A stretch of DNA of 53,709 nt from Terriglobia bacterium (GTDB taxonomy: Bacteria > Acidobacteriota > Terriglobia > Acidiferrales > 2-02-FULL-67-57): positions 1-53,709 of the forward strand of contig JBHHYS010000002.1 in NCBI GenBank assembly GCA_046757645.1. The letters are read 5' to 3'. Positions 38,687-47,116 of the stretch are shown in pieces. The notes beneath the pieces were generated by a model. It made no database searches. It saw nothing but the letters and a program-made list of their open reading frames with translations, and had not been told where the DNA came from. Both the position numbers and the translations under genes were made by a program. Within the stretch, counting starts at the first letter, position 1; every line of letters starts with the position of its first letter.

Positions 38687-38754
38687 CGTGGCTCCCTCCT
38701 TGCCCGTCAGCGCCGGGACGCTTCTCCCACCCGCCCAGCAGCGTCAAACGGGCG

Positions 38755-38783
38755 AATCTAACAAAAGCCCGGTGGCAGGTCAA
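38755..38783 (-). promoter_or_regulatory. Candidate promoter TTGACC-17-TAGATT for the aldehyde dehydrogenase gene
   Basis: Read on the reverse complement, about 70 nt upstream of ATG 38686. Confidence 0.4.
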
Positions 38784-38852
38784 TGACGCCCCGGCGGCCG
38801 TAGCGTCCTCACTTGAGAAATAGGGCTAAAAACGCAGCGCAAATTCTTCTGG

Positions 38853-39016
38853 CCTCCCCCCGGGAGGTGCCCCCGCCGAAAGCCGCCCCTCGGCTACGCT
38901 CGGGGCAGGTTGGGGGCTCGGCGTCCCAATGGCTTTTCTCGCCGAGCCCGGTGGCCCGCCACCGGGTGACCGCTGGTCCCCTTGGCGACTGCCAGAGAGT
39001 GTCAGATTGGGACACT
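38853..39016. other. Cluster of GC-rich stem-loops in the prfB-aldh intergenic region (terminator complex or structured RNA)
   Basis: Four stems. CCTCCC/GGGAGG at 38853-38867. A 10-bp stem GGGCTCGGCG/CGCCGAGCCC at 38914-38949. CGGTGG/CCACCG at 38949-38964. AGTGTC/GACACT at 38998-39016. Loop-loop complementarity CCCAAT (38925-38930) vs ATTGGG (39006-39011). Confidence 0.4.
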
Positions 39017-39060
39017 GCCCAGGCGGCCAGTGGGGCAGCTACCCAGCATCTCCCGCCCGG

Positions 39061-40213
39061 CTACGGCTTGGTTTCCGCGGCGGCGTCCTCGACGGGATAG
39101 GGGGGTGGGACTTGGCCGTCGCGGCGGGCCACCAAGTAGCTGCGGATGAAGGGGTCGAGGGCACCATCGAGCACCGCGTCCACATTGCCGATTTCCAGCT
39201 TGGTGCGGTGGTCCTTGATCAAGCGGTAGGGGTGGAGAACGTAGGAGCGGATCTGGCTGCCGAAGCTGATGTCAGCTTTGGCCTCCTCCAGCTTGCGCGC
39301 CGCCGCCAGGCGTTTTTCGACTTCGTACTGGTAGACGCGGGAGCGAAGAATTCTCATAGCCATCTCGCGGTTTCGGTGCTGGGAGCGCTCGTTCTGGCAC
39401 TGGGCGATGATGCCGGTGGGCAGGTGGGTGATGCGCACGGCGGAGTCGGTGACGTTGACGTGCTGGCCGCCATGCCCGCTGGAGCGGTAGGTGTCGATGC
39501 GCAGGTCTTCGTCGCGGAGGACGACTTCGATGCGATCGTCCACTTCCGGGGTGAGAAACACCGAAGCAAAAGAGGTATGGCGGCGGGCGGCGGCGTCGAA
39601 GGGGGAGATGCGCACCAGCCGATGGACCCCAATCTCGGAGAGCAGCAAGCCGAAGGCGTTTTCGCCTTGCACGGTAAAAGTGACCGACTTGAGACCTGCC
39701 TCATCGCCCGGCTGGATGTCGGTGATGCTGGTGTGAAACCCTTTGCGCTCGGCCCAGCGCAGGTACATCCGCAAGAGCATTTCCGCCCAGTCCTGGGATT
39801 CGGTGCCCCCGGCGCCGGGGTGGATGGTGACGATGGCGTTGCGATGGTCGTGGGTGCCGGACAGCAGGATTTCTGTTTCCAGGTCGTCCACATCGCTGCG
39901 CAGCTTCGCCAGCGCGGCGGCCAGTTCCTCGGCGACCGGCTCACCCTCGTGAGCCAGCTCGATCAAGGTGGCCAGGTCGCTCAGGTGACGCTCCAGCGAC
40001 TCTTCGGTCTCCAGCTCGCGTTGCAGGTGTTTGCGTTGTTGAAGGAGATTCTGGGCGGTGGTCGGCTGGTTCCAGAGGTTGGGGCGGTTGAGTTGTTGAT
40101 CGAGCTCCGCGAGCCGAGCCCGCAGGCGTGGCGGGTCAAAGATAGCTCCGCAGTTCTTCCGCGCGGGTGCGGAGCTGTTCAAATTCCCTTTCCAGTTCCT
40201 CGATTGTCTTCAT
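39061..40213 (-). CDS. prfB: Peptide chain release factor 2, requiring programmed +1 ribosomal frameshift
   Basis: Frame 0 is ATG 40213...CGG AGC TAT CTT TGA C (stop 40136-40138). It continues in +1 as ...DPPRLRARLAELDQQ... through the GGQ motif (SGHGGQHVN) to the stop at 39061. This is the classic CTT TGA C slippery/stop context with an upstream GGAG. Confidence 0.9.
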
Positions 40214-41783
40214 TGCCGGTTCCCTCCACAGCATCCACCCAAAATTTGCGCGCCAGGGCGGCGGCGACCACCAGGGCGCACAACGCCGCCAGCCAATCCC
40301 CGGTGCGCACGTAGAAGCTGACCCGGCGGCGGGGGCCGAACCCGGCCGCCAGCACCGTGCGGGTGTGCGTCGGGGCGCGAGCCACCACCCGCCCAAAGGG
40401 ATCGACCACCGCGGTGATGCCAGTATTGGTGGCGCGCAGCAAGAAGCGCCGCGTCTCCACCGCGCGCACCCGGGCCATATTCAGGTGCTGCGCCGGCGCC
40501 GCCGAGCGGCCAAACCAGCCGTCGTTCGAAATGTTCACCAAGACATCAGCCCCCCGCTCGACGAACTGCCGCACCAGCCCCGGATAGACCGCCTCGTAGC
40601 AGATGATGATGGCCAAGCCTCCCTGCGGGGTGGGCATCACCACCCGCTCGCGGCCGGGGCGGAAGTCGCTGACTTCCGGCACCAACTTTTCGAGAAAACC
40701 CAGCCAGTCAGCCAGCGGCAGGTACTCGCCAAACGGCACCAAATGAATTTTATCATACTGGGCCACGAGCTCGCCCGCCGGCGAAAGCAGCACAGCACTG
40801 TTGTAGGGATGCAGCACGCCTCCGGTGCCTGCCTCTGCCGGCCGGTCGCGGCGGTAGTCCACCACGCCCACCAGGAAGTAGCTGCGGGTCGCCTGGGCGA
40901 GCCGTAACAGGCGGGCGCGGATGACCGGGTCGTGATGGAAGTAGAAGGACACCGGAACCTCGGGCCAGACCACCAGAGCGGGATTCGCTGGAGCGAGGGC
41001 GCGAACCGCCTCGCGGGTGAGCTGCTCGAGCGGGCGCAATTCCTCCGGATGATGCTCGACCCATCGTGGGTCGAACTCCTCCTGTTGGGGGAGGTTGGTT
41101 TGCACCAGGAGCGCTGTGGCGGTGGTGGGCACCGGGGGCAGTTGGCGGCCCCAGATGGCCAGGCCGGCGAGAACCAGGGCGACCACGCCCAGCGACACCG
41201 CGCCGCGCCGCGACGGAACCAGCCAGAACCCCGCCACCAGCGCGTTGACGCCGGCCACCAGAAAGGAGACGCCGTAGATTCCCGTGTAGGCCGCAGGCTG
41301 GATCCAACCGATGTGCGGCGCCACCGCGTAGCCGAGCAGGTTCCACGGAAAGCCGCCGAAAGGAACGTAGGAGCGGGCCCACTCGAGCGCCACCCAGACA
41401 AACGGCGACAAGAAAAGGCCGAGCAGTTGCCAGCGGCGCGCCAGCTCCCCCGTAATCAGAGAAAACAGGCCAAAGTAGAGGGCCTGGACGAGGACGAACA
41501 ATAGCAGGATCGAGCCCGCGGCCAGGGCGGAGAGGTGGCCGTAGATGCGTATCACGTTGTAGATCCAGGAGCAGGTGCCGGCAAAGAAGACGCCGCCGGC
41601 CAGATAGCCGTAGAAGAACAGGCGGGTGCGGGGGGCGGGCCGGAAAGTCGCCACCAGCAGCGGGGTCAGGGCGACCCAGGCGAGCAAGGTCAGTTGCGGA
41701 CGGGGAAAACAGAGAACCAGGAGAACGCCGGAAAGCAGCGCGCACGCGGTGGGATAGCGCTGGAGCGCGAGCAGCAGCCGCAT
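40179..41783 (-). CDS. lnt: Apolipoprotein N-acyltransferase
   Basis: 534 aa. Multi-TM N-terminus plus a CN-hydrolase domain (...VWPE..., KIHLVPFGEY, IICYE). The 3' end overlaps the prfB start by 35 nt. Confidence 0.9.
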   Translation of the reverse strand: MRLLLALQRYPTACALLSGVLLVLCFPRPQLTLLAWVALTPLLVATFRPAPRTRLFFYGYLAGGVFFAGTCSWIYNVIRIYGHLSALAAGSILLLFVLVQALYFGLFSLITGELARRWQLLGLFLSPFVWVALEWARSYVPFGGFPWNLLGYAVAPHIGWIQPAAYTGIYGVSFLVAGVNALVAGFWLVPSRRGAVSLGVVALVLAGLAIWGRQLPPVPTTATALLVQTNLPQQEEFDPRWVEHHPEELRPLEQLTREAVRALAPANPALVVWPEVPVSFYFHHDPVIRARLLRLAQATRSYFLVGVVDYRRDRPAEAGTGGVLHPYNSAVLLSPAGELVAQYDKIHLVPFGEYLPLADWLGFLEKLVPEVSDFRPGRERVVMPTPQGGLAIIICYEAVYPGLVRQFVERGADVLVNISNDGWFGRSAAPAQHLNMARVRAVETRRFLLRATNTGITAVVDPFGRVVARAPTHTRTVLAAGFGPRRRVSFYVRTGDWLAALCALVVAAALARKFWVDAVEGTGNEDNRGTGKGI

Positions 41784-42367
41784 CAGCGCTTGAGGAATTG
41801 TCGAAAGCCTTGTGCTTCCAGGCGGCGCTGGGCGGCTGCAGCCAGCTTGGCATTCTCGAAGGGTCCGACCTGCACACGATAGAAGCGGTCGGTGCGGGCC
41901 GGGCGGATGACGGTGGGCAGGCCGAGCCGTTCCAGTTGCGTTGCCAGGCGCTTGGCCTCTGGCTCCCGGGTGAAGGCGGCCACTTGCAGGAAGATGGGGG
42001 CAGCGGAAGTGGGGGGCGCGGCGCCCGAACCGCGGGGACGCCGCGGCGGCACGGGGACCGGGGTCACGGCCCGCGGCTTCGACTTCGCCGGCTTCTTTCC
42101 GGCTGCTGCCGCCGGGAGGGTCTCGGGCGGCGGCTTCCCGTTCACCCGCTCGTAGAAGCTGAGGTCCGCGGCAGGCTCGGTGGGCGCCGCGGCGGCCGGG
42201 GATTTTTCCGCCGGGGGCGCGCCTGCCCTCCCGGACGCCACTTGATTGCGCCCCAGGACGAACCCCAGGGTGAAGAAGAGGGCGGAAAGCAGAACCAGCC
42301 CAAAGAAGATCCCCAACAGGTGCCGCCCTTCCAGCACCATTTCGTAGTGGCTGCCCTTCCTGCCCAT
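41783..42367 (-). CDS. SPOR-domain membrane-anchored protein (FtsN-like septal peptidoglycan binding)
   Basis: 194 aa. N-terminal TM, Pro/Ala-rich linker, and a C-terminal SPOR repeat (FLQVAAFTREPEAKRL...YRVQVGPFEN...A). Confidence 0.75.
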   Translation of the reverse strand: MGRKGSHYEMVLEGRHLLGIFFGLVLLSALFFTLGFVLGRNQVASGRAGAPPAEKSPAAAAPTEPAADLSFYERVNGKPPPETLPAAAAGKKPAKSKPRAVTPVPVPPRRPRGSGAAPPTSAAPIFLQVAAFTREPEAKRLATQLERLGLPTVIRPARTDRFYRVQVGPFENAKLAAAAQRRLEAQGFRQFLKR

Positions 42368-42392
42368 GGCCGTCGGCGAGGCGTCCCGCCCC

Positions 42393-43136
42393 CTACTTCG
42401 TCGGTTTGAACCAGCCTCGGATCATATCCACCGGGATGGGGAACACAATGGTGGTGTTTCGCTCCACGCCGATTTCCGTCAGGGTTTGCAGATAGCGCAA
42501 CTGGATGGAGACCGGCTGCCGGTTGAGAGTTTCAGCGGCGCCGGCGAGGCGCTCGGCCGCCTGGTATTCGCCCTCGGCGTGGATGATCTTGGCGCGGCGC
42601 TCGCGTTCGGCTTCCGCCTGCTTGGCGATGGCCCGGCGCATCTCGTCGGGGAGATCCACCGCCTTGACCTGCACCATGGTCACTTTGATGCCCCAGGGGT
42701 CGGTTTGCTCGTCGAGAATTTCCTGCAAGCGGGCGTTGACTTTTTCGCGCCGGGCCAGCAGGTCGTCGAGCTCCACCTGGCCGAGAACGTCGCGCAGGGT
42801 GAGCTGGGCGAGCTGGGAGGTGGCGTAGAGATAGTTTTCAATCTGCTTGATGGCGCGGTTGGGCTCCATCACCCGGAAGTAGGCGACGGCGTTGACACGC
42901 ACGGTCACGTTATCGCGGGTGATGATGTCCTGCGGGGGCACGTCCAGAGTGATGATGCGCAGGGAGATGCGCATCAATTGATCTATCGGCCACCAGATCC
43001 ACTTGATTCCCGGACCCAGCGGCTCGGGGCGCATCCGGCCCAAACGCAGAATGACGCCTCGTTCCCATTCCTTCAAGATTTTGATGCAGTTCACTGCCCA
43101 GAGGAGAAAGATGACAACAACCACCCCTAACCACAT
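42393..43136 (-). CDS. SPFH/Band-7 (stomatin-like) membrane protein
   Basis: 247 aa. N-terminal TM, then ILKEWERGVILRLGR..., a coiled ...AEAERERRAKIIHAEGE... region. Confidence 0.85.
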   Translation of the reverse strand: MWLGVVVVIFLLWAVNCIKILKEWERGVILRLGRMRPEPLGPGIKWIWWPIDQLMRISLRIITLDVPPQDIITRDNVTVRVNAVAYFRVMEPNRAIKQIENYLYATSQLAQLTLRDVLGQVELDDLLARREKVNARLQEILDEQTDPWGIKVTMVQVKAVDLPDEMRRAIAKQAEAERERRAKIIHAEGEYQAAERLAGAAETLNRQPVSIQLRYLQTLTEIGVERNTTIVFPIPVDMIRGWFKPTK

Positions 43137-43139
43137 AGC

Positions 43140-44477
43140 TCACTCCTTTCCGGGGCTCGGACTTGCGGCCAAGCCGCCGTCAACAGGCTCCACGCGCAGG
43201 ACCAAGCCTTCCAGACGAACCACGCGTACGGACTGGCCCACGGGAATTTTTTGGCCAGCGGTGGCGCGCCACAACTCACCCGCCACCAGCACCAGACCCT
43301 TGTGCCCATCGCCGATTTCCTGCCGCACCTCGCCCACCGCTCCCACCAGCTCCTCCTTGCCGGTGGCCACCTGCCAGCGGCGCGACTTCAACACCATGCG
43401 CAGCAAGAGCACGGTGATGACGGCGAAGGGCACAGCCACGGCAAGGGCAAGCTCCAGGCGCACCCGCAGTTGGGGAATCGGGGGCGACTCCACCAGCATC
43501 AATGCACCCAGCACCATCGCTGCCACGCCGCCCGCGGCCAGGATTCCATGGCTGACGTAGACCGCCTCCAGAATGAACAGGGCCACCGCCAGGAGGATGA
43601 GCAGGACCCCGGCGTAGTTCACCGGCAAGAGGTGAATAGCGAACAGAGCCAGGATCAAGCAGATGCCTCCGGCCACCCCGGGGAGAATGAACCCGGGCTG
43701 GCTGAACTCAATGTACAGCCCCAGGATGCCGAACACCAACAATAAAAAGGCGATATTGGGGTTAATCAGGCGGCTGAGGAAGCGCTGCCGGGAGGTCATC
43801 CGGAGGGCCTCGACGCGGGCATCGGCCAGGGCGATGGTTTGGGTGCTGCCGTCAAAGCGCTTGATGGCGCGGCCATCGAATTGTTGAAAAATCTCCCCGC
43901 GGGACTCGTAGACGGCATCGATCAGTCCCGCCTTCAAGGCTTCCTGATCGGTGAAGGACTTGGCTTCGGTGACGGCCTTTTCCGCCACTTCCGGGTTGCG
44001 CCCGCGCTTGCTGACGAAGCTGCGCAGGTAGGCGGCGGCATCGTTGGTAATCTTTTTCTTCAGCGTCTCGTCCATCTTGGCACCGCCGAAGGCCACCGGG
44101 GAGGCGGCGCCGGTGGTGGTGCCCGGAGCCATCACGGCCACGTCGGCCGCCATGAGGATGAAAAAGCCGGCGGAGGCGGCGCGGCTGCCGGTGGGGGCGA
44201 CGTAGACGATGACGGGCACGCGGGCGTTGGTGATGCGGTCCACCATTTCCCGCATCGAAGTTTCGAGTCCACCGGGGGTGTTGATCCAGATGAGGACAGC
44301 GTCGGCGTTCGATTGCTCAGCGTAGTCAATGCCGCTGACAATGTACTCGGCGGAGATGGAGTGGACGATATCGACCAGGCGGAGCTCGACCACCGTGCTG
44401 GCCGCCGCCTCGGCGCTCACTAAGCTCAGCGCCACGAACAATCCAGGGAACAGCACCCGGCGTCTCATTTTTCTCAT
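43140..44477 (-). CDS. NfeD-family membrane-bound ClpP-class serine protease
   Basis: 445 aa. Signal/TM, ClpP-like domain (INTPGG...SAGFFI), multi-TM block, and a C-terminal NfeD OB-fold (GLVLVAGELWRA). Paired with the SPFH gene as in known nfeD-stomatin operons. Confidence 0.85.
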   Translation of the reverse strand: MRKMRRRVLFPGLFVALSLVSAEAAASTVVELRLVDIVHSISAEYIVSGIDYAEQSNADAVLIWINTPGGLETSMREMVDRITNARVPVIVYVAPTGSRAASAGFFILMAADVAVMAPGTTTGAASPVAFGGAKMDETLKKKITNDAAAYLRSFVSKRGRNPEVAEKAVTEAKSFTDQEALKAGLIDAVYESRGEIFQQFDGRAIKRFDGSTQTIALADARVEALRMTSRQRFLSRLINPNIAFLLLVFGILGLYIEFSQPGFILPGVAGGICLILALFAIHLLPVNYAGVLLILLAVALFILEAVYVSHGILAAGGVAAMVLGALMLVESPPIPQLRVRLELALAVAVPFAVITVLLLRMVLKSRRWQVATGKEELVGAVGEVRQEIGDGHKGLVLVAGELWRATAGQKIPVGQSVRVVRLEGLVLRVEPVDGGLAASPSPGKE

Positions 44478-46129
44478 TCCGGGTCGGTGTCCTCCGCCCG
44501 GGTCTCGGCCGTGCGGGCCGGGAGGCGAGCCGCCAAGGCCCGGGCGGCCGCATTGTCAGGCTCAAGCGCCAGCGCGGCTTGCACCTGCTGGCGGGCCTGC
44601 GGGAGGTGGTTTTGCTTCAAGTAAATCTCCGCCAGGCGCAGGCGGGCACGCACCGACTCCTGGCTCCAGAGCGAAGCCTTGAGCTCAGAAATGGCCTCCT
44701 GGAGACGTCCCTGGCGCTGGTAGATTTCCGCCAGGAAGAAGTGCGCCAGGTAGGCGTCGGGGTCGAGGAGGATGGCCTGGGTAAATTCCCGCTGCGCCGA
44801 TTCGAGTGCCCCGCGGGTGAATAAGTCCTGCCCGCGCTCGACGTGAATGGCGACGTGGAGGGCGCGGGCGGAGGTCGGAGCCGGCTCCACGTTATCGGCT
44901 TGATTGAGTTGGACGAGCCGAGCATTGAAGTGCAGTTCCAGGCGGTCAAGCTCAAGCGGGCGCCGCTCCTGGCTGAGGTCGCTGGCCGGGCTGTCGCCCA
45001 CCGCCTGTTGCCGCGCGCGCTGGGCGTCTTCAACACGGCCCAGTCGCTCCAGCGCCCGGGCGAACAGGAAGCGGGCCTCGGTGTCCCCCGGATTCAATTC
45101 CAGACACTGCTCCAGCGCCCGGGCCGCCTGGTCCCACTCGGCTCGGCGAAGGTGATGCAGGCCGAGGTTGAAATAGACATCCGCGTCGGCGGGGTCGGCT
45201 TCGAGGGCGCGGGCAAAATAACCCACGACGGCCTGGGAGGCTCCCTGGCGTGAAGCGAAGACACCCAGGTTGTTCCACACCGGCTTGGCGGGCCGGCGCT
45301 CGGCCAGCGGGGCGAGCGTGTCGGTGGCACCGGCGAAGTCGCGCCGAAAGAACTGGCAAAGTGCCAAGTAGAAGCGAGCGTCCAGAGCCAAAAAGTCATC
45401 GGGAGGAATCTTGCGGAACCAGGCGGCAGCGGTGGCGTAGTCCTGGTCTTCGAAGTAGAGCTGAGCCAGGCGGAAGGCCGGGCGGCTGTAGTGGGGTTCG
45501 AGGCGCGCCGCTTGCAGGAAGTAGCGCCTCTGCTGCTCGCGATTGAGGGCGAGCAGCCCACGAACGTAGCTCTCGAAGGCGCTCACCCGCAGGCGGGGAA
45601 AGCGGTCATCAAAAGCCTGCGGGCTGAAGGGAAAGCTGGGGTCCAGGCGACGCAGAATCTTCCCCGCCAGTCGGCCTTGAACTTGGCGCAGGCGCGAGAA
45701 TGCGCCTTGCTCTTCGATGAAGGGGGAGAGGGAGAGGCTGTGGAGGTCGAGGAGTCGCGCCTGGCCGCGGAGCTGGCCGTCCTCGACTTCAAAGCGCCCC
45801 AAAACAATCCGGTCGGCTTCCGCTTCCTCGCCCAGGCGCAGCAAGCTGGCGTGGGTGAGCGGCGCGGTGGCGGGCAGGCCCAGCCGCTCCCGGGCCGCCA
45901 GCCGTTCCTCGCGGCTCACCAGCCGGTGGCCGGAGCTGCCCAGGCGTTCGGTGAGGGTTTCCGCAAAGCTTTCCCCGACCCAGCCGAGATCATCCGTGCG
46001 GGCGGTGTTCTCAAATGAAACCACCAGGAGGGTCTCGGCGGCCGCGGAGCCGCTCGCCCAAAAAAGCAGCAGCAGGCTGCCGCCCAGCACGCTAAGCAAC
46101 CGAAAACGGGCGTTCATTGCGGAGGCCAT
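44474..46129 (-). CDS. Secreted TPR-repeat protein with N-terminal TolB_N/LpoB-like module
   Basis: 551 aa. Signal peptide, then LLVVSFENTARTDDLGWVGESFAETLTERL, then multiple TPRs. Alternative start ATG 46117. The stop overlaps the NfeD start (ATGA). Confidence 0.7.
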   Translation of the reverse strand: MASAMNARFRLLSVLGGSLLLLFWASGSAAAETLLVVSFENTARTDDLGWVGESFAETLTERLGSSGHRLVSREERLAARERLGLPATAPLTHASLLRLGEEAEADRIVLGRFEVEDGQLRGQARLLDLHSLSLSPFIEEQGAFSRLRQVQGRLAGKILRRLDPSFPFSPQAFDDRFPRLRVSAFESYVRGLLALNREQQRRYFLQAARLEPHYSRPAFRLAQLYFEDQDYATAAAWFRKIPPDDFLALDARFYLALCQFFRRDFAGATDTLAPLAERRPAKPVWNNLGVFASRQGASQAVVGYFARALEADPADADVYFNLGLHHLRRAEWDQAARALEQCLELNPGDTEARFLFARALERLGRVEDAQRARQQAVGDSPASDLSQERRPLELDRLELHFNARLVQLNQADNVEPAPTSARALHVAIHVERGQDLFTRGALESAQREFTQAILLDPDAYLAHFFLAEIYQRQGRLQEAISELKASLWSQESVRARLRLAEIYLKQNHLPQARQQVQAALALEPDNAAARALAARLPARTAETRAEDTDPE

Positions 46130-46136
46130 TATAGCA
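46128..46136 (-). promoter_or_regulatory. Candidate extended -10 element TGCTATAAT overlapping the first ATG of the TPR gene
   Basis: The reverse complement of 46128-46136 reads TGCTATAAT, the same 9-mer as at 5899-5907. It would place the TSS a few nt before ATG 46117. Confidence 0.3.
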
Positions 46137-46341
46137 GAAGCGTGAGGATGAGCGCCTCAGGGCGGGCGAGGCGGCCAGCGCCGGTCCAATTTGATTCGAC
46201 CCGAAGAAAGCTTGGCCGAGCAAGGCGGCTGCCCTCGGAGGGAAGAGATACCGGCAGGCGGGTGCGACGCGGGACATTTGCCCAAGCGGTTGAGGAGGCG
46301 GTTGCCCATTCGTTGGCCATCCAGGATGGAAGGGCCCCAGG

Positions 46342-47112
46342 CTAGGGTTCGATGCCCGGCGGCTTCTCGGCGAAGAGCGCCTGAAAGCGTTTGTCTTCGC
46401 GCACGAGCACAAACGCGGGGTCGCCCTGGGCTTCGATGCTGGGGAAGCCATCCTCCAGGGCCCGCCGCAGGTAGGCGACGCAGCGGTCCACATAGCCCAA
46501 ACTGGCCAGGCTTTTCGCCACCATAAAGTAGTAGCGGGCGCGGTCTTGCACGGAGCGACTCTGGATCAGGGTGCCGAAGAGGCCGCGGCGGCGGAAGACT
46601 TCCGGGTCAAGCAGCAACGCCAGGCGGAACTCCTCGACCGCCTGGTCATACTTCTTGCGGGCGAACAGAGCCGTGCCTAAGTTGAGGTGGATATCGCCCT
46701 GGACGGGACTCCTCTTCAACGCCCGTCGGTAGTAACGAATGGCCTTCTTGTAATTTTTCTGAGCGTAATAGACAGTGCCCAGATTGTTCCAGGCCGCGGC
46801 GTAGCTCTTGTCGGCTTTGGTGGCCCGCTTGTAGTACTTCTTGGCATCCTTGAGCTCAGAGAGTTGCTGGAAGGCGATCCCGGTCTTGTTGAGCAGAACC
46901 GAGTTGCGCGGCGCCCAGCGCAGCGCCTCCTGGTAGAAGTCAATGGCCTCCAAGTAGTGCTTGCGAATCATGTGCAAGTCGGCGCGGAGTTCTAACTGCC
47001 GGACCTGCTCCTGGCGGGGCAGCACGGTGAGCAACGGGGCCTCCTGGGCGGCGGCGGTGACCGCCACCATGAGGAGAACCCCCAACCGGAGGAGAGACGC
47101 AAGCCGCATCAT
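46342..47112 (-). CDS. Secreted TPR-repeat protein
   Basis: About 256 aa. Signal peptide (..VAVTAAAQE) followed by TPRs. ATG 47112 lies 4 nt after the PBP1A stop. Confidence 0.75.
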   Translation of the reverse strand: MMRLASLLRLGVLLMVAVTAAAQEAPLLTVLPRQEQVRQLELRADLHMIRKHYLEAIDFYQEALRWAPRNSVLLNKTGIAFQQLSELKDAKKYYKRATKADKSYAAAWNNLGTVYYAQKNYKKAIRYYRRALKRSPVQGDIHLNLGTALFARKKYDQAVEEFRLALLLDPEVFRRRGLFGTLIQSRSVQDRARYYFMVAKSLASLGYVDRCVAYLRRALEDGFPSIEAQGDPAFVLVREDKRFQALFAEKPPGIEP

Positions 47113-47116
47113 CACA

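Noticed and set aside
38880-38915. A segment translating as ..APRLRSGQVGG.. (ORF 38813..39100), and ..VILSEVKNL.. at 52968-52994. Both are reminiscent of short peptide strings that recur in spurious hypothetical proteins of many genomes.
   Set aside because: The ORFs are non-coding artefacts, and the resemblance is from memory and cannot be verified here. The underlying DNA is reported only as part of the structured or AT-rich spacers.
46317-46329. A 13-nt palindrome CCATCCAGGATGG just downstream of the small TPR gene stop.
   Set aside because: It is a single short palindrome with a 1-nt centre, so it cannot form a hairpin. There is no second copy or associated motif, and it is compatible with chance.
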